Source: Azolla caroliniana
Lineage: Eukaryota > Plantae > Polypodiophyta
DNA: 64,000 nucleotides
Direction of reading: 5' to 3'
Assembly (NCBI GenBank): GCA_043228905.1
Contig: JBHGNT010000014.1
Coordinates: forward strand, 186,001-250,000
Numbering within the stretch: position 1 is the stretch's first letter; each line of letters begins with the position of its first letter. Positions 22,554-34,854 of the stretch are shown here, piece after piece. Both the position numbers and the translations under genes were made by a program. The notes beneath the pieces were generated by a model. That model was given only the letters and a program-made list of their open reading frames with translations, did not search any database and was not told where the DNA came from.

Positions 22554-23672
22554 TTACTCGTTTAACACATCATCTATTTGGCTCAAGACATCAAATGTAT
22601 TTTTATGACAGGGACTACTAGGCCTACTTGGGTTACGAGAAGGTGGGGCACAAATTGAGATGGGATTGTCATGAGCACTTACTTGGTTAACTTGTCGTCG
22701 TGGTTTATGTGGACAATTCACATCAATATGCCTTGGACCACCACAATAGAGGCATAGATGATTCGCTTGCCGTCGTTGCTTTTCAACATCCGATAATGGT
22801 CCTCGACGTCGTGTTGTCTCGATTTCCATTGGAGTAGGGCCTTCCACCACATTTGACTTTGATACTTGGGGTGGAGTTGCAACCACCGAAGCATATGTTT
22901 CTGTTGGTCGAAAATGTAACATTTGTTGGCGCTCAGAACGCCGCTCAAATAAGCGATTGTCACATCGCACAGCCCGGCTTACTGCTTCAGTAAGAGATTT
23001 TGGATCATCATGGACGGTAAGAAGTAAATCCTTCACATCATTACGCAGACCTTGACGAAATTGGTCCATTAATGCTGCCTCGTCCCATGGAATATCACAT
23101 GCCAAAAGGCGAAAATCTGCAGCATAAGCGGAAGCAGGACGATCTCCTTGTCGTAATCGCCGAATTTTGTTTATTGCAGTCCTCATATTATCAGTGTCTC
23201 CAAAGTTGGCTTGGAACTCATTAATAAACCCTTCAAAATCTTCTAATAATGGTGAGTGCTTCTCTAGGAGTGGTGCAAACCATGCTAATGCGGTACCCGT
23301 TAATAAGGTACCAACTAGACCCACACGAGCAACATCAGTTGGGTAACGGCTAGGATGCAATTTAATCACAAGCCGTACCTGATTTAAAAATCCACGAAAC
23401 TGAGACCTTGTACCATCAAACTTGGCCGGCAGACTAATCTTGGGTTCCTTCGGCGAGGTTTGAACTTCCGCCACTTGTCGTTGCAATAGAGTAGTCTCCA
23501 ATTGATGCACCCATTGAGATAATTCTTGATATTGTTGTACTTTTTCAGCACTTACTTGTTGTAGGTCTCCCAACAATCTTTGAATTTCATGCTCTAGTGC
23601 CACGAATTTGGTTGTTAGCATTTCGAGCTCGGAGAGAACACGCATATATTCTTGCTTGCTGACGGACTCCAT
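22554..23672 (-). CDS. gag: Intact Gag (coiled coil, capsid, CCHC-type knuckle), sushi/PEG10-like
   Basis: [45 protein letters not shown]...C. Confidence 0.9.
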   Translation of the reverse strand: MESVSKQEYMRVLSELEMLTTKFVALEHEIQRLLGDLQQVSAEKVQQYQELSQWVHQLETTLLQRQVAEVQTSPKEPKISLPAKFDGTRSQFRGFLNQVRLVIKLHPSRYPTDVARVGLVGTLLTGTALAWFAPLLEKHSPLLEDFEGFINEFQANFGDTDNMRTAINKIRRLRQGDRPASAYAADFRLLACDIPWDEAALMDQFRQGLRNDVKDLLLTVHDDPKSLTEAVSRAVRCDNRLFERRSERQQMLHFRPTETYASVVATPPQVSKSNVVEGPTPMEIETTRRRGPLSDVEKQRRQANHLCLYCGGPRHIDVNCPHKPRRQVNQVSAHDNPISICAPPSRNPSRPSSPCHKNTFDVLSQIDDVLNE

Positions 23673-26600
23673 AGTTGCTATAGAAAATTGCTAGATTTGG
23701 TTGAATAAGGTTAAGATAAGAAGAAGAAGTTGGAGAAGAAGAAAAGAGATAGATTCGGTTCAAACTGTCGTGACTTGAGAATAGGAGAGAGAAAAATAAG
23801 ATGACAGTAGAAGGTAGAGGGAGAGAGAGAGAGAGAGAGAAAGAACACTAGAGCTGAAAAGAGAGTTTATATTATAAGAGAGCAAGGATTACAAAGAGTA
23901 GGCTAAGGGGCTACAAACTGGTGTTGAACCGAATGAGTTGTGATGAATGAATAGACACCTATTTATAGGTCCTTATGGAGTATTCTGGAATGTTCTAGAA
24001 TATTTTAGATATTTATGATATTTAATATAATCATGGAATATCCTAGAATGTTCTAGAATACTCTAGAATGTTCTAGAATACTCTAAATGTCTTGTAATAA
24101 CTAATAATACATTTATTATAACTATACATCATATATGTTAGTATAATGGTTAAAGGTCTAACATATAGACCAAGATGTCTTGAGCTTGAATCCTTGTAAG
24201 GCCAAAATGTATGTCGTCATGACAGGTTTTTTGGATCGACAACATGTATCACAACTACGAACATAGTCCGTTACAAAATGGCGAAGTCGTGGCCACCAAT
24301 ACCTTCGAGAAATTAACGCTAAAGTCTTGTGGATGCCAAAATGTCCAGCCATTAGTGTGTCATGACATTGTTGCAAAACTTGGAGTTGAGAAGGACCATC
24401 AGGCACATATAAGAGATTTTGTCGAAAAAGTAAACCATCATGCCAACTGAACTGATTGTAGTCTTAACGAGGATTTTGAGATTGTGAACAAGAAGCACGA
24501 TCCGGAATAATATGGTTCAGAATGTCTTGGGCGAACTCATCAGTCTCAATATGCTCCCGAATAGAGTTTAGAAGACTTGAATCCTCGGGTGTGTCTATAG
24601 CATGAAATGTCATTAGTCGTAAACAATCAGGACCCAACAAGATTTGCTTCTGACTTTCGAATGCAACATCTCTTGGTTGAAGTTCCATATACGAATGTCG
24701 AGATAAAGCATTCGCTTTTCCTTGTTGCATCCTAGGGCGATATAGAATTATTGTTGAGAATCAAACTCAACTTGGTCTAGTGTGTGAACTCACCTTGAGT
24801 GTGAATAGACACTCCCCGGTCAAGAGTCACCATTATGTCACCTCTTTGTATTCTAGCATTTAGTATGAGCCATAGAATCATATTCTATGACACATAACTT
24901 ATGAGCTTTCACATTCCCCATGCTCCATGAGTCTTGTAGTTAATGAAGAGAGAGGGTGACTATATAAAGCACCCTCCTCCCACCTTGTATTGAGTCAAGT
25001 CTTTCTCCTTTGTTAATATACTTTTACCTTGCGTATTCTCTGTGTCTTACTCCTTGTCTCTCTCACTCTCTCTATCTCTCTCATACACACACATAACTCA
25101 CATCTCTTCCACTTCACAAGAATCATATCCGATTCTTTACATGGTATCAGAGTGAGGTTGGTAGCTCGATCTAGCCCATTCGCCTCATCGTGATCGTGTG
25201 TTGTGCTCTTCGCCGATGACCAAGAACCGGATCATCGCTATCGTAGCTTCGCTACATAGCTCGCATTCGAAGAGAGAAGAAGAAGAAGAAGACGAAGAAT
25301 CGACATAATGAATACTCAAATGGGGAGCACTCTCCCCACCGAGAAGTTGGATCGAAACAACTTTGCATCTTGGGAGTACAAGATGCACCAATACCTTGTC
25401 GGACAAGGCTATTGGAGCTACATCAAAGGCAAGCACGAAGACCAACCCGCCGAAGCGGTTCCCAGATACGCGACATGGGAGCAAGCCGCAAGCCGCGTGA
25501 TGTATTGCTTGGCGACATGTATTCACGATCACATGCTCGGCTACATTCGTGAAGTCAAGACGCCGAAGGAGGCATGGGAAAATCTACGAAAGATTTTCGC
25601 GGCAAACACAACCGCAAGAAGGCTTCAACTCTGCCAAGAGTTGAACAACATTCAACAAAGGGACATGTCCATCACGACATACACCTTGAAGATCAAGGAG
25701 CTTTGCGACTCGCTCGGCTTGATAAGCGTAAGTATAGATGATGATGAGATGGTGCAAATATGCCTCGGCGGCCTCGCACCACGGTTCGGCGCGATGCGAA
25801 CCGCCATTCAAGCAAGGGAGAAATCTCCCTCCTTCAAGCTCCAATCAATGCTATTGGTCGAAGAAAACCACGTGTGTACAAGGAGCAACGAGTCGGAAGG
25901 CCACATGCTCTAGACGCACTCGTACGGAGGAAGAGGATGCGGATGAGCGAGAGGCCGATTCGGCCAAGGACAAGGCGGATGAGGTCCGACATACGACACC
26001 ACCTAACTCCCAATTTCGGCCGCAAAATGGAAGCCAACAAGGAACCTTCGCAAGAAGGGGGAGCTTCCACTCTGGCCCGAGCCGTCAAAATGCAACCGAA
26101 TGCGGATATTGCGGAAAGCTCGGCCACCACGAAGAAGAGTGTCGAAAGAAGATGTGGGAAACAACTTCCACAAGCCGACACCTCACGAATTACACGCACA
26201 ATTCCAACTACGAAGAGTATAGCAGAATGTACAGGCACAACTCCGACTACGAAGATCGTGGCAGAATGTATGCACACAACTCTGACCGTGGCGAAATGTT
26301 CATGATGAAACATAGAGCAAACTCTATGTCGGCCTCTACCTCAACTAGTGCCTCCGGTCCGGAAGACGTATGGTTCGTCGATTCCGGTGCCTTGAACCAT
26401 ATGACATCGCATCAAGAATGGTTCCGAGAACTTCGAGAGCCGGACCGACCTGGCTATGTCGAAACCGGAGACGACACTACGCACCCGATTCAGCACATCA
26501 GCAATGTTCCGTTCGAAAAAGAAGGTGTCATGATATGGCAAGACTCGAACCCATGACCTTAGGCTATATGGGTCGAGCTCTTGACCATTAGACCATCTAT

Positions 26601-27041
26601 TGTAATACGTAGGATATTATTTTCATTTACATTTTATTATAGGAAATTAGTGTATATTCCAGATTTCTCTGGAACATTCTAGAAGCTTCAGGATTACTCC
26701 TGAAAACACTATAAAAGAGGGCACTAGGCATTATGTTGAACCAAATTGGTTCAACACCAGTCTTAAGCCTTTTAGCCACCATTGTATATTCTCTTCATAT
26801 AATACATATCTTTCTTATCATCACACACACACACACACTCTCTCTCTCTCTCTCTTTCTCTCTGTCTCGCTCACTTCTTCCTTCTCTCGAAGAAGTTCCA
26901 CACCTCTCATAGTACTAATCCTTCGTTTAGTACTAATTCCTTCTTTGTCTCAGTGCTGTTCATGACAGTTTGAACCAATTTCTCCTACCTTCTGTCTCTC
27001 TCATTTCCTACTAATCTTTTATTCCTCTTTTCTTTCATCCC

Positions 27042-28192
27042 ATGGCCACTGTTAGCGCTGAAGAATATCAATCTGTTTTCTCGGAATTTCAATGCTTGAA
27101 GGAGAAGTTCCATGCTTTGGAACAAGAAAACCAATGGTTGCTAGGGGATCTTCAGCAAATCTCCTTAGAAAAGCAGCAAACGCAACAACAGCATGGGGAA
27201 CTTGCGTTACGCGTGCAACAACTCGAAGCCACCATCGTAGCGATGCAACAACAAGGGCCCGGAACACAAGGGATTCATAAAGAACCTAAGATTGGCCTTC
27301 CCACGAAGTTCGATGGAACGCGATCGCAGTTTAGAGGGTTCCTTAACCAGGTACGATTAGTTATTCAAATGCATCCTTCCCGATATCCCACCGATGCATC
27401 ACGAGTGGGTTTAGTAGGCACTTTGTTAAGTGGCTCAGCGTTGTCATGGTTCGCTCCACTATTAGAAAAGGAATCTCCGTTACTCAACAATTTTGAAGAG
27501 TTTCTAGGTGAGTTTAAAGCATGTTTCAGATATACTGACAGCATCAGGACCGCAATCAACAAAATCAGGCGATTACGCCAAGGTGACCGTCCACCCTCCG
27601 CATACGCTGCAGATTTTCGCCTACTTGCCGCTGATATCCCTTGGGATGATCAAGCGTTGATGGAGCAATTCCGTTATGGTTTACGCAACGACGTCAAGGA
27701 TTTACTCTTGACCTTCCCCGAAGAGCCAAAGTCCTTAACAGAAGCAATCAGTTGTGCGGTGAGATGTGACAACCGCCTCTTTGAGCGACGTTCGGAACGA
27801 CAGCTACAGATGCCGAGGGCAAGATCAGAGCCCACCTACGCCTCAGTGGTAGCAAGACCTTTTCCGAGGGAGTCATATAATGCGCCTCCAGCGAATACTC
27901 CGACTCCGATGGAGATTGACACTACACGTCGTCGAGGGCCATTATCCGAAGAAGAAAAGCAGCGACGCCGTACAAATCGACTATGTCTTTACTGCGGTGG
28001 ACCAGGACATATCGCAATAAATTGCCCCCATAGGCCAAGAAGACAGGTAAACCAAATAGTCGCTAGTTCTAATTGTACTAAATCCGAGCCTATTCAGGAG
28101 GGATATCTGATAGTCCTAATAGTACTAATATCCCAGATCTAGCAAACAAATTTGATGTCCTTAGTCAGTTAGAAAAAGAGTTAAAGGACTAA
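27042..28192 (+). CDS. gag: Gag of element F (ORF to 28142; a late frameshift displaces the homologous stop at 28190)
   Basis: Homologous to 22554-23672; CLYCGGPGHIAINC. Confidence 0.88.
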
Positions 28193-31100
28193 GTCCAGCC
28201 AAAATAGGAGCCGTTTGGTTGGACAGCCCTAGATCTGTGCAGCCCATTAGTGGTTTCATTCCCTCTAAGCAAGTTAGTGATGTGTTCGTAGCCCAAGTAA
28301 TAGTTAGTACTAAAAGTACCCCTCCAGTACATGTCCTAGCACTCCTAGATTCCGGAGCTAACTCTTGCTTTATGGATAAGAAATTTGCTCAAGCTCATAA
28401 GATATCCCTAAGACAACTCCAGTGTCCAGCCTCTGTAGTAGTCATTGATGGACGTCCCATTGATTCCGGAAATATCATAGAAGAGTCAGAGCCCATTAAT
28501 ATTGTCCTAGATAACTTAGCATGTGTAGTATCATTTAATATTATTAGTATCCCAGAACATCCTATAGTTTTAGGACTACCGTGGTTCGAGTTACATAACC
28601 CAGACATAGATTGGAGAACAAGAGAAATCCGGTGTTGACAAACCCAAGGGTCAACTCTGAAGATGGCAACCATTTCGCTACGTCAGTTGCGTAAAGAAGG
28701 GCACAAGGAGGAAATGTTCCTTTTTGCAATATCAGTAAACCCCTCCAACACCACTAAAGAAGAATCCACCGTTCAACTTCCTGAGAAGTATCGTCATTAC
28801 GCCGATGTGTTCGATAAAGTACAAGCCAACACACTTCCTCATCATCGACCGTACGATTGCCCCATCGATTTACAACCGAGAAAAGAGCCGCCATGGGAAC
28901 CGATCTACAATTTGTCACCAACCGAGCTGGAATTCCTTCGGGCCTATATAGAGGAGAATTTGGAAAATGGTTTCATTCAGCATTCGAAATCTCCAGCCGG
29001 CGCGCCCATTTTCTTCGTCAAGAAAAAAGATGGATCGCTTCGTCTCGTTGTAGATTATCGTGGCTTGAATAAGGTTACAATCAGGAATAGGTATGCTCTT
29101 CCCCTTATCTCAAGTCTTTTAGAACGGATCAATGGTGCTAGGTTCTTCACGAAGATCGACTTACGGGGAGCATATAACCTCGTACGGATCCGACCAGGAG
29201 ATGAATGGAAGACCGCATTTCGCACCAGATATGGGCACTTCGAGTATACTGTCATGCCGTTCGGCCTCACTAATGCACCGGCAGTCTTCCAGCACATGGC
29301 TAATGATATATTCCGAGATCTATTGGATGATTGTTTGATCATCTATTTGGATGATCTACTGGTTTATTCACAGACCCAAGAAGAACATGATTCTCATGTA
29401 CTATTAGTACTAAAATGACTTCGAGAACATGGTTTGTATGCAAAGCTGGAAAAATGTAGTTTCGGGTGCAACCAAGTGGAATTTCTCGGCTACATCATTG
29501 CGTCAAAAGGCATCTCCATGGACCTAGCTAAGGTCAAAACGGTGGTAGAATGGCAGACTCCGCGTCCGGTGCGGGATGTGCAATGCTTCTTAGGCTTTGC
29601 CAATTTTTACCGGAAGTTCATACAAGATTACTCAAAGATCGTTCTACCTCTCACACAACTTACCAGGAAGGGACAACCGTTCATCCGGTCTGAAGAAACG
29701 GACATGGCTTTCGAGAGTCTTAAAAAGGCATTTACATCGGCTCCAATTCTAGCTCATGTCGATCCGGAAAAACCATTCATTATCGAAGCTGACGCATCGG
29801 ATTTTGAATTGGCGAGCATTCTGTCACAACAGGGGAACAATGAGAAGCTACATCCTGTGGCTTTTCACTCACGCAAGTTTGATGCCGCCGAAATCAACTA
29901 CGAAATTCATGATAAGGAGCTATTGGCAATAGTGGATTCTTTTATGCAATGGAGGCATTTTCTGGAGGGATCCTCTCATCCAGTCACCGTATTTAGTGAC
30001 CACAAGAATCTTGCCTACTTTCAGGATGCTCGTGTGTTGAATCGACGTCAAGCTCGATGGGCCCACTTCCTCACACGTTTCGACTTCAAAATTACATATC
30101 GTCCGGGGAGGCACCAAGGGAAGGCAGATGCATTATCACGGCATTCGTATCTAGCACCCCGTCCCGGCGAGCCAACTTTCGATAACCAAAGACAAGTCAT
30201 CTTGGGACCGGCACGACTACAAGCAACACAGATCTTTGACATGCCTATGGATTCCCGCGTTATCGATACCATACGTGAAGACTTGAAGACAGATGCGTTC
30301 GCCCAATCTATACTAGCACAAATTGATCCCTCTCGAGCGTCGTGTTCACAGTCGCAACCACCAGGTACGGACTATCGGCAATTCAAATACCATGATGGAT
30401 TACTCTTCTTTAAAGAACTTTTGTATGTTCCTAATGGTTCTTGCCGCCTTCGAGTAGTACAAAACTGTCATGACACATATACAACTGGGCATTTTGGTAG
30501 TACTAAAACATTACATTTAGTACAACGATCATTCTGGTGGCCCTGTATGCGACAATTTGTCGAGGATTTTGTTCGGACTTGTGATACATGTTGCAGAGCG
30601 AAAATGCCAAGGCATCATCCATATGGTTTATTAGAACCATTACCAATTCCAAGCAAGCCATGGCAATCCATTGCTCTAGACTTCATCACAGATCTTCCAG
30701 TCTCTAAGGGGTTCAATGCGATTCTAATGGTGGTTGATCGATATACGAAGATGGCTCATTTCTTGCCATGTACTAAGGAGATCTCCAGTGAAGACACTGC
30801 CAAAATTGTCATGCGTGAAGTATGTCGGCATCATGGACTTCCCGATAGTATCATCAACGACCGTGGACCCCAGTTCGTGTCAAAATTCTGGAAGCACCTT
30901 TTTAACATGCTCAAGGTCACTTGTAACCTCTCCTCCGACTACCACCCACAAACCGACGGCCAAGCTGAACGAACAAATCAAACACTGGAGCAGTATCTGC
31001 GGTGCTTTCTCAGCTATCATCAGGACGACTGGGCAGATATTCTCCACTTCGCCGAATTTGCCTATAACAACTCTATCCACACATCCACTAAAGTTACGCC

Positions 31101-31743
31101 ATTTTATGCTTATACGGGATGTCACCCCCGGTGGAGTGTACTTGAAACCCCAGAGGTGTCCACAAATCCGTGCGCAGAGGATCGTTTGGAGCGGTTACGC
31201 AAGATACAAGCGGATTTATCTACTCATCTCCAGCAAGCTCAACAAACACACAAGGTCTACGCGGATCTTCATCGACTTCCATCCAGTTTTAATATTGGAG
31301 ATCGGGTGTGGCTGCTACGACGACACATCAAGATTACTCGCCCATGTGAGAAATTGGATTATCGGCGATTAGGTCCTTTCCGTATTATTGGAAAGATTAA
31401 TGATGTCGCTTTTCGCCTCGATCTACCTCCTCAACTTCGGATACATCCGATGTTTCATAGTTCTCTCCTCGAACCCTACCACGAGAGCACCATCCCAGGA
31501 CGTCTTATCCAACCTCCACCCCCGATCGAGCTTGAAGATGGGCCGGAGTACGAGGTTGCCGCCATCCTTGATTCCAAGATTGTTCGCAACAAGCTCTACT
31601 ATCTAGTCGATTGGCTAGGCTATAGCCCCAGCGAACGTACTTGGGAACCGATCGAGAATGTAACCAATGCTCGTGTATTATTTTCATTTACATTTTATTA
31701 TAGGAAATTAGTGTATATTCCAGATTTCTCTGGAACATTCTAG
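28193..31743 (+). pseudogene. Pol of element F with premature stops (PR, RT, RH, INT, partial chromodomain)
   Basis: LLDSGA, YLDD, IALDF, GPF, YEVAAILDS...YLVDWLGY..SERTWEP. Confidence 0.92.
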
Positions 31744-31890
31744 AAGCTTCACGATTACTCCTGAAAACACTATAAAAGAGGGCACTAGGCATTATGTTGA
31801 ACCAAATTGGTTCAACACCAGTCTTAAGCCTTTTAGCCACCATTGTATATTCTCTTCATATAATACATATCTTTCTTATCATCACACACA

Positions 31891-31924
<34 letters not shown>

Positions 31925-34075
31925 GTCTCGCTCACTTCTTCCTTCTCTCGAAGAAGTTCCACACCTCTCATAGTACTTATCCTTCGTTTAGTACTAATTC
32001 CTTCTCTGACTCAGTACTGTTCATGACAGAAGGTAAGCAAAATTACATTAAAAATGTCTTGCATGTACCGACCATTATGAAGAATTTGGTCTCCGTCGGC
32101 CAAATTGTAGAGCAAGGGATGCAAGTTCGATTTAATCAAGGTAGTTGCTTCATCGAAAAAGAGGGCCAACTCTTCGCATGCAGACGAAGAGAGGGCCGAA
32201 TGTTCATTCTCGACTCATACGAGATGAAATCGGCCATGTTCGCAAAGGGCATGAAAGCCGACTCCGACATAGAGTTGTGGCACAAGCGAATCGGCCACAT
32301 CAATCTCAACAAACTCAAAGCAATGAAATCGAAAGGAGTCAATTCGAACTCTTGATATTCCTAGAGAAGGAGATTGAAGGTGTATGTGAAGCGTGCCAAT
32401 TCGGCAAGCAACACCGACACCCATTCTCGAAAGAGCGGAACGTGAGCAAAGGTCTACTCGACGTAGTCCATTCCGACGTATGGGGACCGACGCAGACGGC
32501 TACATTCGGTAGATGCCGATATTACGTGCTCTTCATCGACGACTTCTCGAGGCACACTTGGATCTACCCGATGTGGCAAAAGAGTGAAGTGTTCGGACAC
32601 TTCCAAACTTTCAAGAATGAAGTCGAGAAAGCCACGGGCCGACATGTACGTTGTCTTCGATCGAATGGCGGCAAGGAGTACTTCTTTGACGATTTCACGA
32701 CGTATCTCTGAAAGGAAGGAATTCGGCGAGAATTCACTTGCCGACACACTCCGCAACTAAACGGAGTAGCCAAGCACAAAAATCGGCACATCCTTGAGCG
32801 AGAAGCATGATGAACGAGAAGCATATGCCCAAGTCATATTGGGCCGAAGCTGCAAATACAGCCATCTACCTAATGAACCGATGCACAACATCCGGCATGC
32901 ACGAGGTCACTCTGCACGAAAAATACTTCGGAAAGAAGCCGGACTTATCACACACCCGGATATTCGGCGCAATAACGTACGTGCATATCCCCGACGAGAA
33001 GCGTCAAAAGCTTGACCCGAAGTCGGAGAAATGTATCCTCGTAGGATACTCACTGGAGCCAAAGGGGTACAAGTGCTACAACCTTTCAACTCGAAAATCT
33101 CGAGTAAGTCGAGACGTCGTTTTTTACGAGTCCGCATCTTGGTCTGCAAATGAAAAGCTCAGTCTCTCCACCCATGAAAAGAATCCGGTCAGCCGATTTG
33201 GCTACAACGACTACATGGCATATCACTATGCCTTTATGATGAAGGTGGCGACAGTACGCGAGCCGGAAACTTTTTCCAAAGCAGCCAAGGATCCGCTATC
33301 ATGAAGAAAACCGTCCCTTAGCGCAATCGGTGCATAGCGCGCGTGAACCGGCTCTTCACGCGTGCGCGCCCTTAATGTATATAATAGAGATTAAGTACGT
33401 AGGTATATCCTGGGTAGTTAGATTCTGTAGGTAGGACGTAAATGAGGGAGACGACTCCCTTCTTGATGCTATAAAGGAGAGGGAGACGTAGAGAGAAGTC
33501 ATCGCGCATTAAGGAGGACGAAGTGCTGTCGGACCGTAACCGAATGCTTCTCCTCTGTTCGTTCTCGATCTCTCTTCTCTGCAGGGTTTCGGGAGGCTCG
33601 CGCTGCTTCGAGGAACGCCCGTGTGCTTCCGGCAGCACCTCCACCCTTTTCTCCTTTCGTGCGCAGACGAACAGGCATCGGCATCTGTTCGCCGGCATGT
33701 TCGGTTGTAACCGCTCGCGTGCTCTGTTGTGTATTTGTTATTCGTTAATCTACAAAACCTTGTGTCTCCCTGTTTCTGTGTCCATTCGCGTCTTCTGTGT
33801 TGACGGGCCGTGCCCCTGTGTTTCTTTGCTCATACGTGACTGGGCGTCTCTCTCTCTCTCTTTCCCCTTCTATCACCTGCTCTTCGGTTCAAGACCCCGG
33901 TGGTCCCGCCTCGTTTCTCCACGCACGCGCGTAGTAACGCGACATCTTTGGTGAACCCGACGTGAAACAGGCGGCAGAGGAGCAAAAGATGAGGGGGTCG
34001 GATCTTGCAGAGGCCATGGTTTCGGCCGTGGACTGGATAGTGAGCGCGCGCGAGGGCACCGACGCCCTTGACAGG

Positions 34076-34854
34076 TGTTGGGAGACAAGTCCCTCCGAAT
34101 GGGAAGGGAGAAGAACAGTGCCGACGAACAATCTCGGCTACGGAGAGTCGGATGGTGCAGGCCCGGTATGAATCGGATGAGGAGTACCCGGCTACGGAGA
34201 GCCGGATGGTGCAGGCCCGGTGTGAACCGGATGAAGAGTACTCGACTACGGAGAGCCGGATAGTGCAGGCCCGGTGTGAACCGGATGAGGAGTACCCGGC
34301 TACGGAGAGCCGGATGGTGCAGGCCCGGTGTGAACCAGATGAGGAGCACCCGGCTACGGAGAGCCGGATGACGTAGACCCGGTGCGAACCGGAGGAAGAG
34401 ACATATTCGTAAATATGTTTCTGAGAGCCCATCGAGGCTACATTTGTAAATAGCCGAAAAGTCATATTAGTATAAATATGACTTAGGGCAAACTTTTAGG
34501 AAGTGGTTGTTGTAATTTTCTTGTTGGTGCAAGAAGAAGAGAGAGCACGTAACGTTGTATAGAGAGAGAAAGAGAAAGTGGTCGTTGCCTCTGTTGTAAC
34601 CGCCGCCTGTGGCGAAGATCGTGAACACGAGGTCGTTGCCTTCGTGAACTCACTGTTTTGTACATTCCAACTTAGTGATAGTTTGCAGCCTGTGGGCTGC
34701 CGTGGTTTTTCCCTCTTTGGGTTTTCCACATAAACATTCTGTATACCCTTTTCTCTCCTTTGTGTCGCGTGTTTTTCGTTTCCTGTTTCCTGTGTATGAA
34801 AAGAATCTCGGTTGTGGCCGAGCGTTGTGCATAAGGAGCATTGAGTTCCCGTCA
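34076..34854 (+). mobile_element. Solo LTR of the Copia-3 family, inserted in gag of element D
   Basis: TGTTGGG...CCCGTCA, TSD ACAGG; the host gag resumes (ALDR|AIEAIVG). Confidence 0.92.
34135..34400 (+). repeat. 54-bp tandem repeat (~5 units) in the LTR U3
   Basis: Unit CGGCTACGGAGAGCCGGATGGTGCAGGCCCGGTGTGAACCGGATGAGGAGTACC. Confidence 0.92.

Larger units (their letters stand above)
20260..24224 (-). mobile_element. Element G, same family as H: full 5' LTR 23766-24224, gag, PR-RT-RH, truncated before integrase and capped by an inverted 36-bp LTR end
   Basis: TSD GGTTT at 20255-20259 and 24225-24229; both ends read TGTCATGACGACATACATTTTGGCC inward. Confidence 0.87.
26526..32028 (+). mobile_element. 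Self-priming Tcn1/Tf1-like chromovirus (element F); 5' LTR 26526-26967, 3' LTR 31676-32028 lacking its first ~89 bp
   Basis: TSD GAAGG, TGTCATGA...TCATGACA ends, gag plus PR-RT-RH-INT-chromodomain. Confidence 0.94.

Noticed and set aside
26535-26600. Bona fide tRNA gene
   Set aside because: A/B boxes are present but the acceptor and anticodon stems do not pair convincingly; reported as tRNA-like only
34135-34400. CRISPR-like regular repeats
   Set aside because: Head-to-tail units with no unique spacers, inside a eukaryotic LTR, and no cas genes
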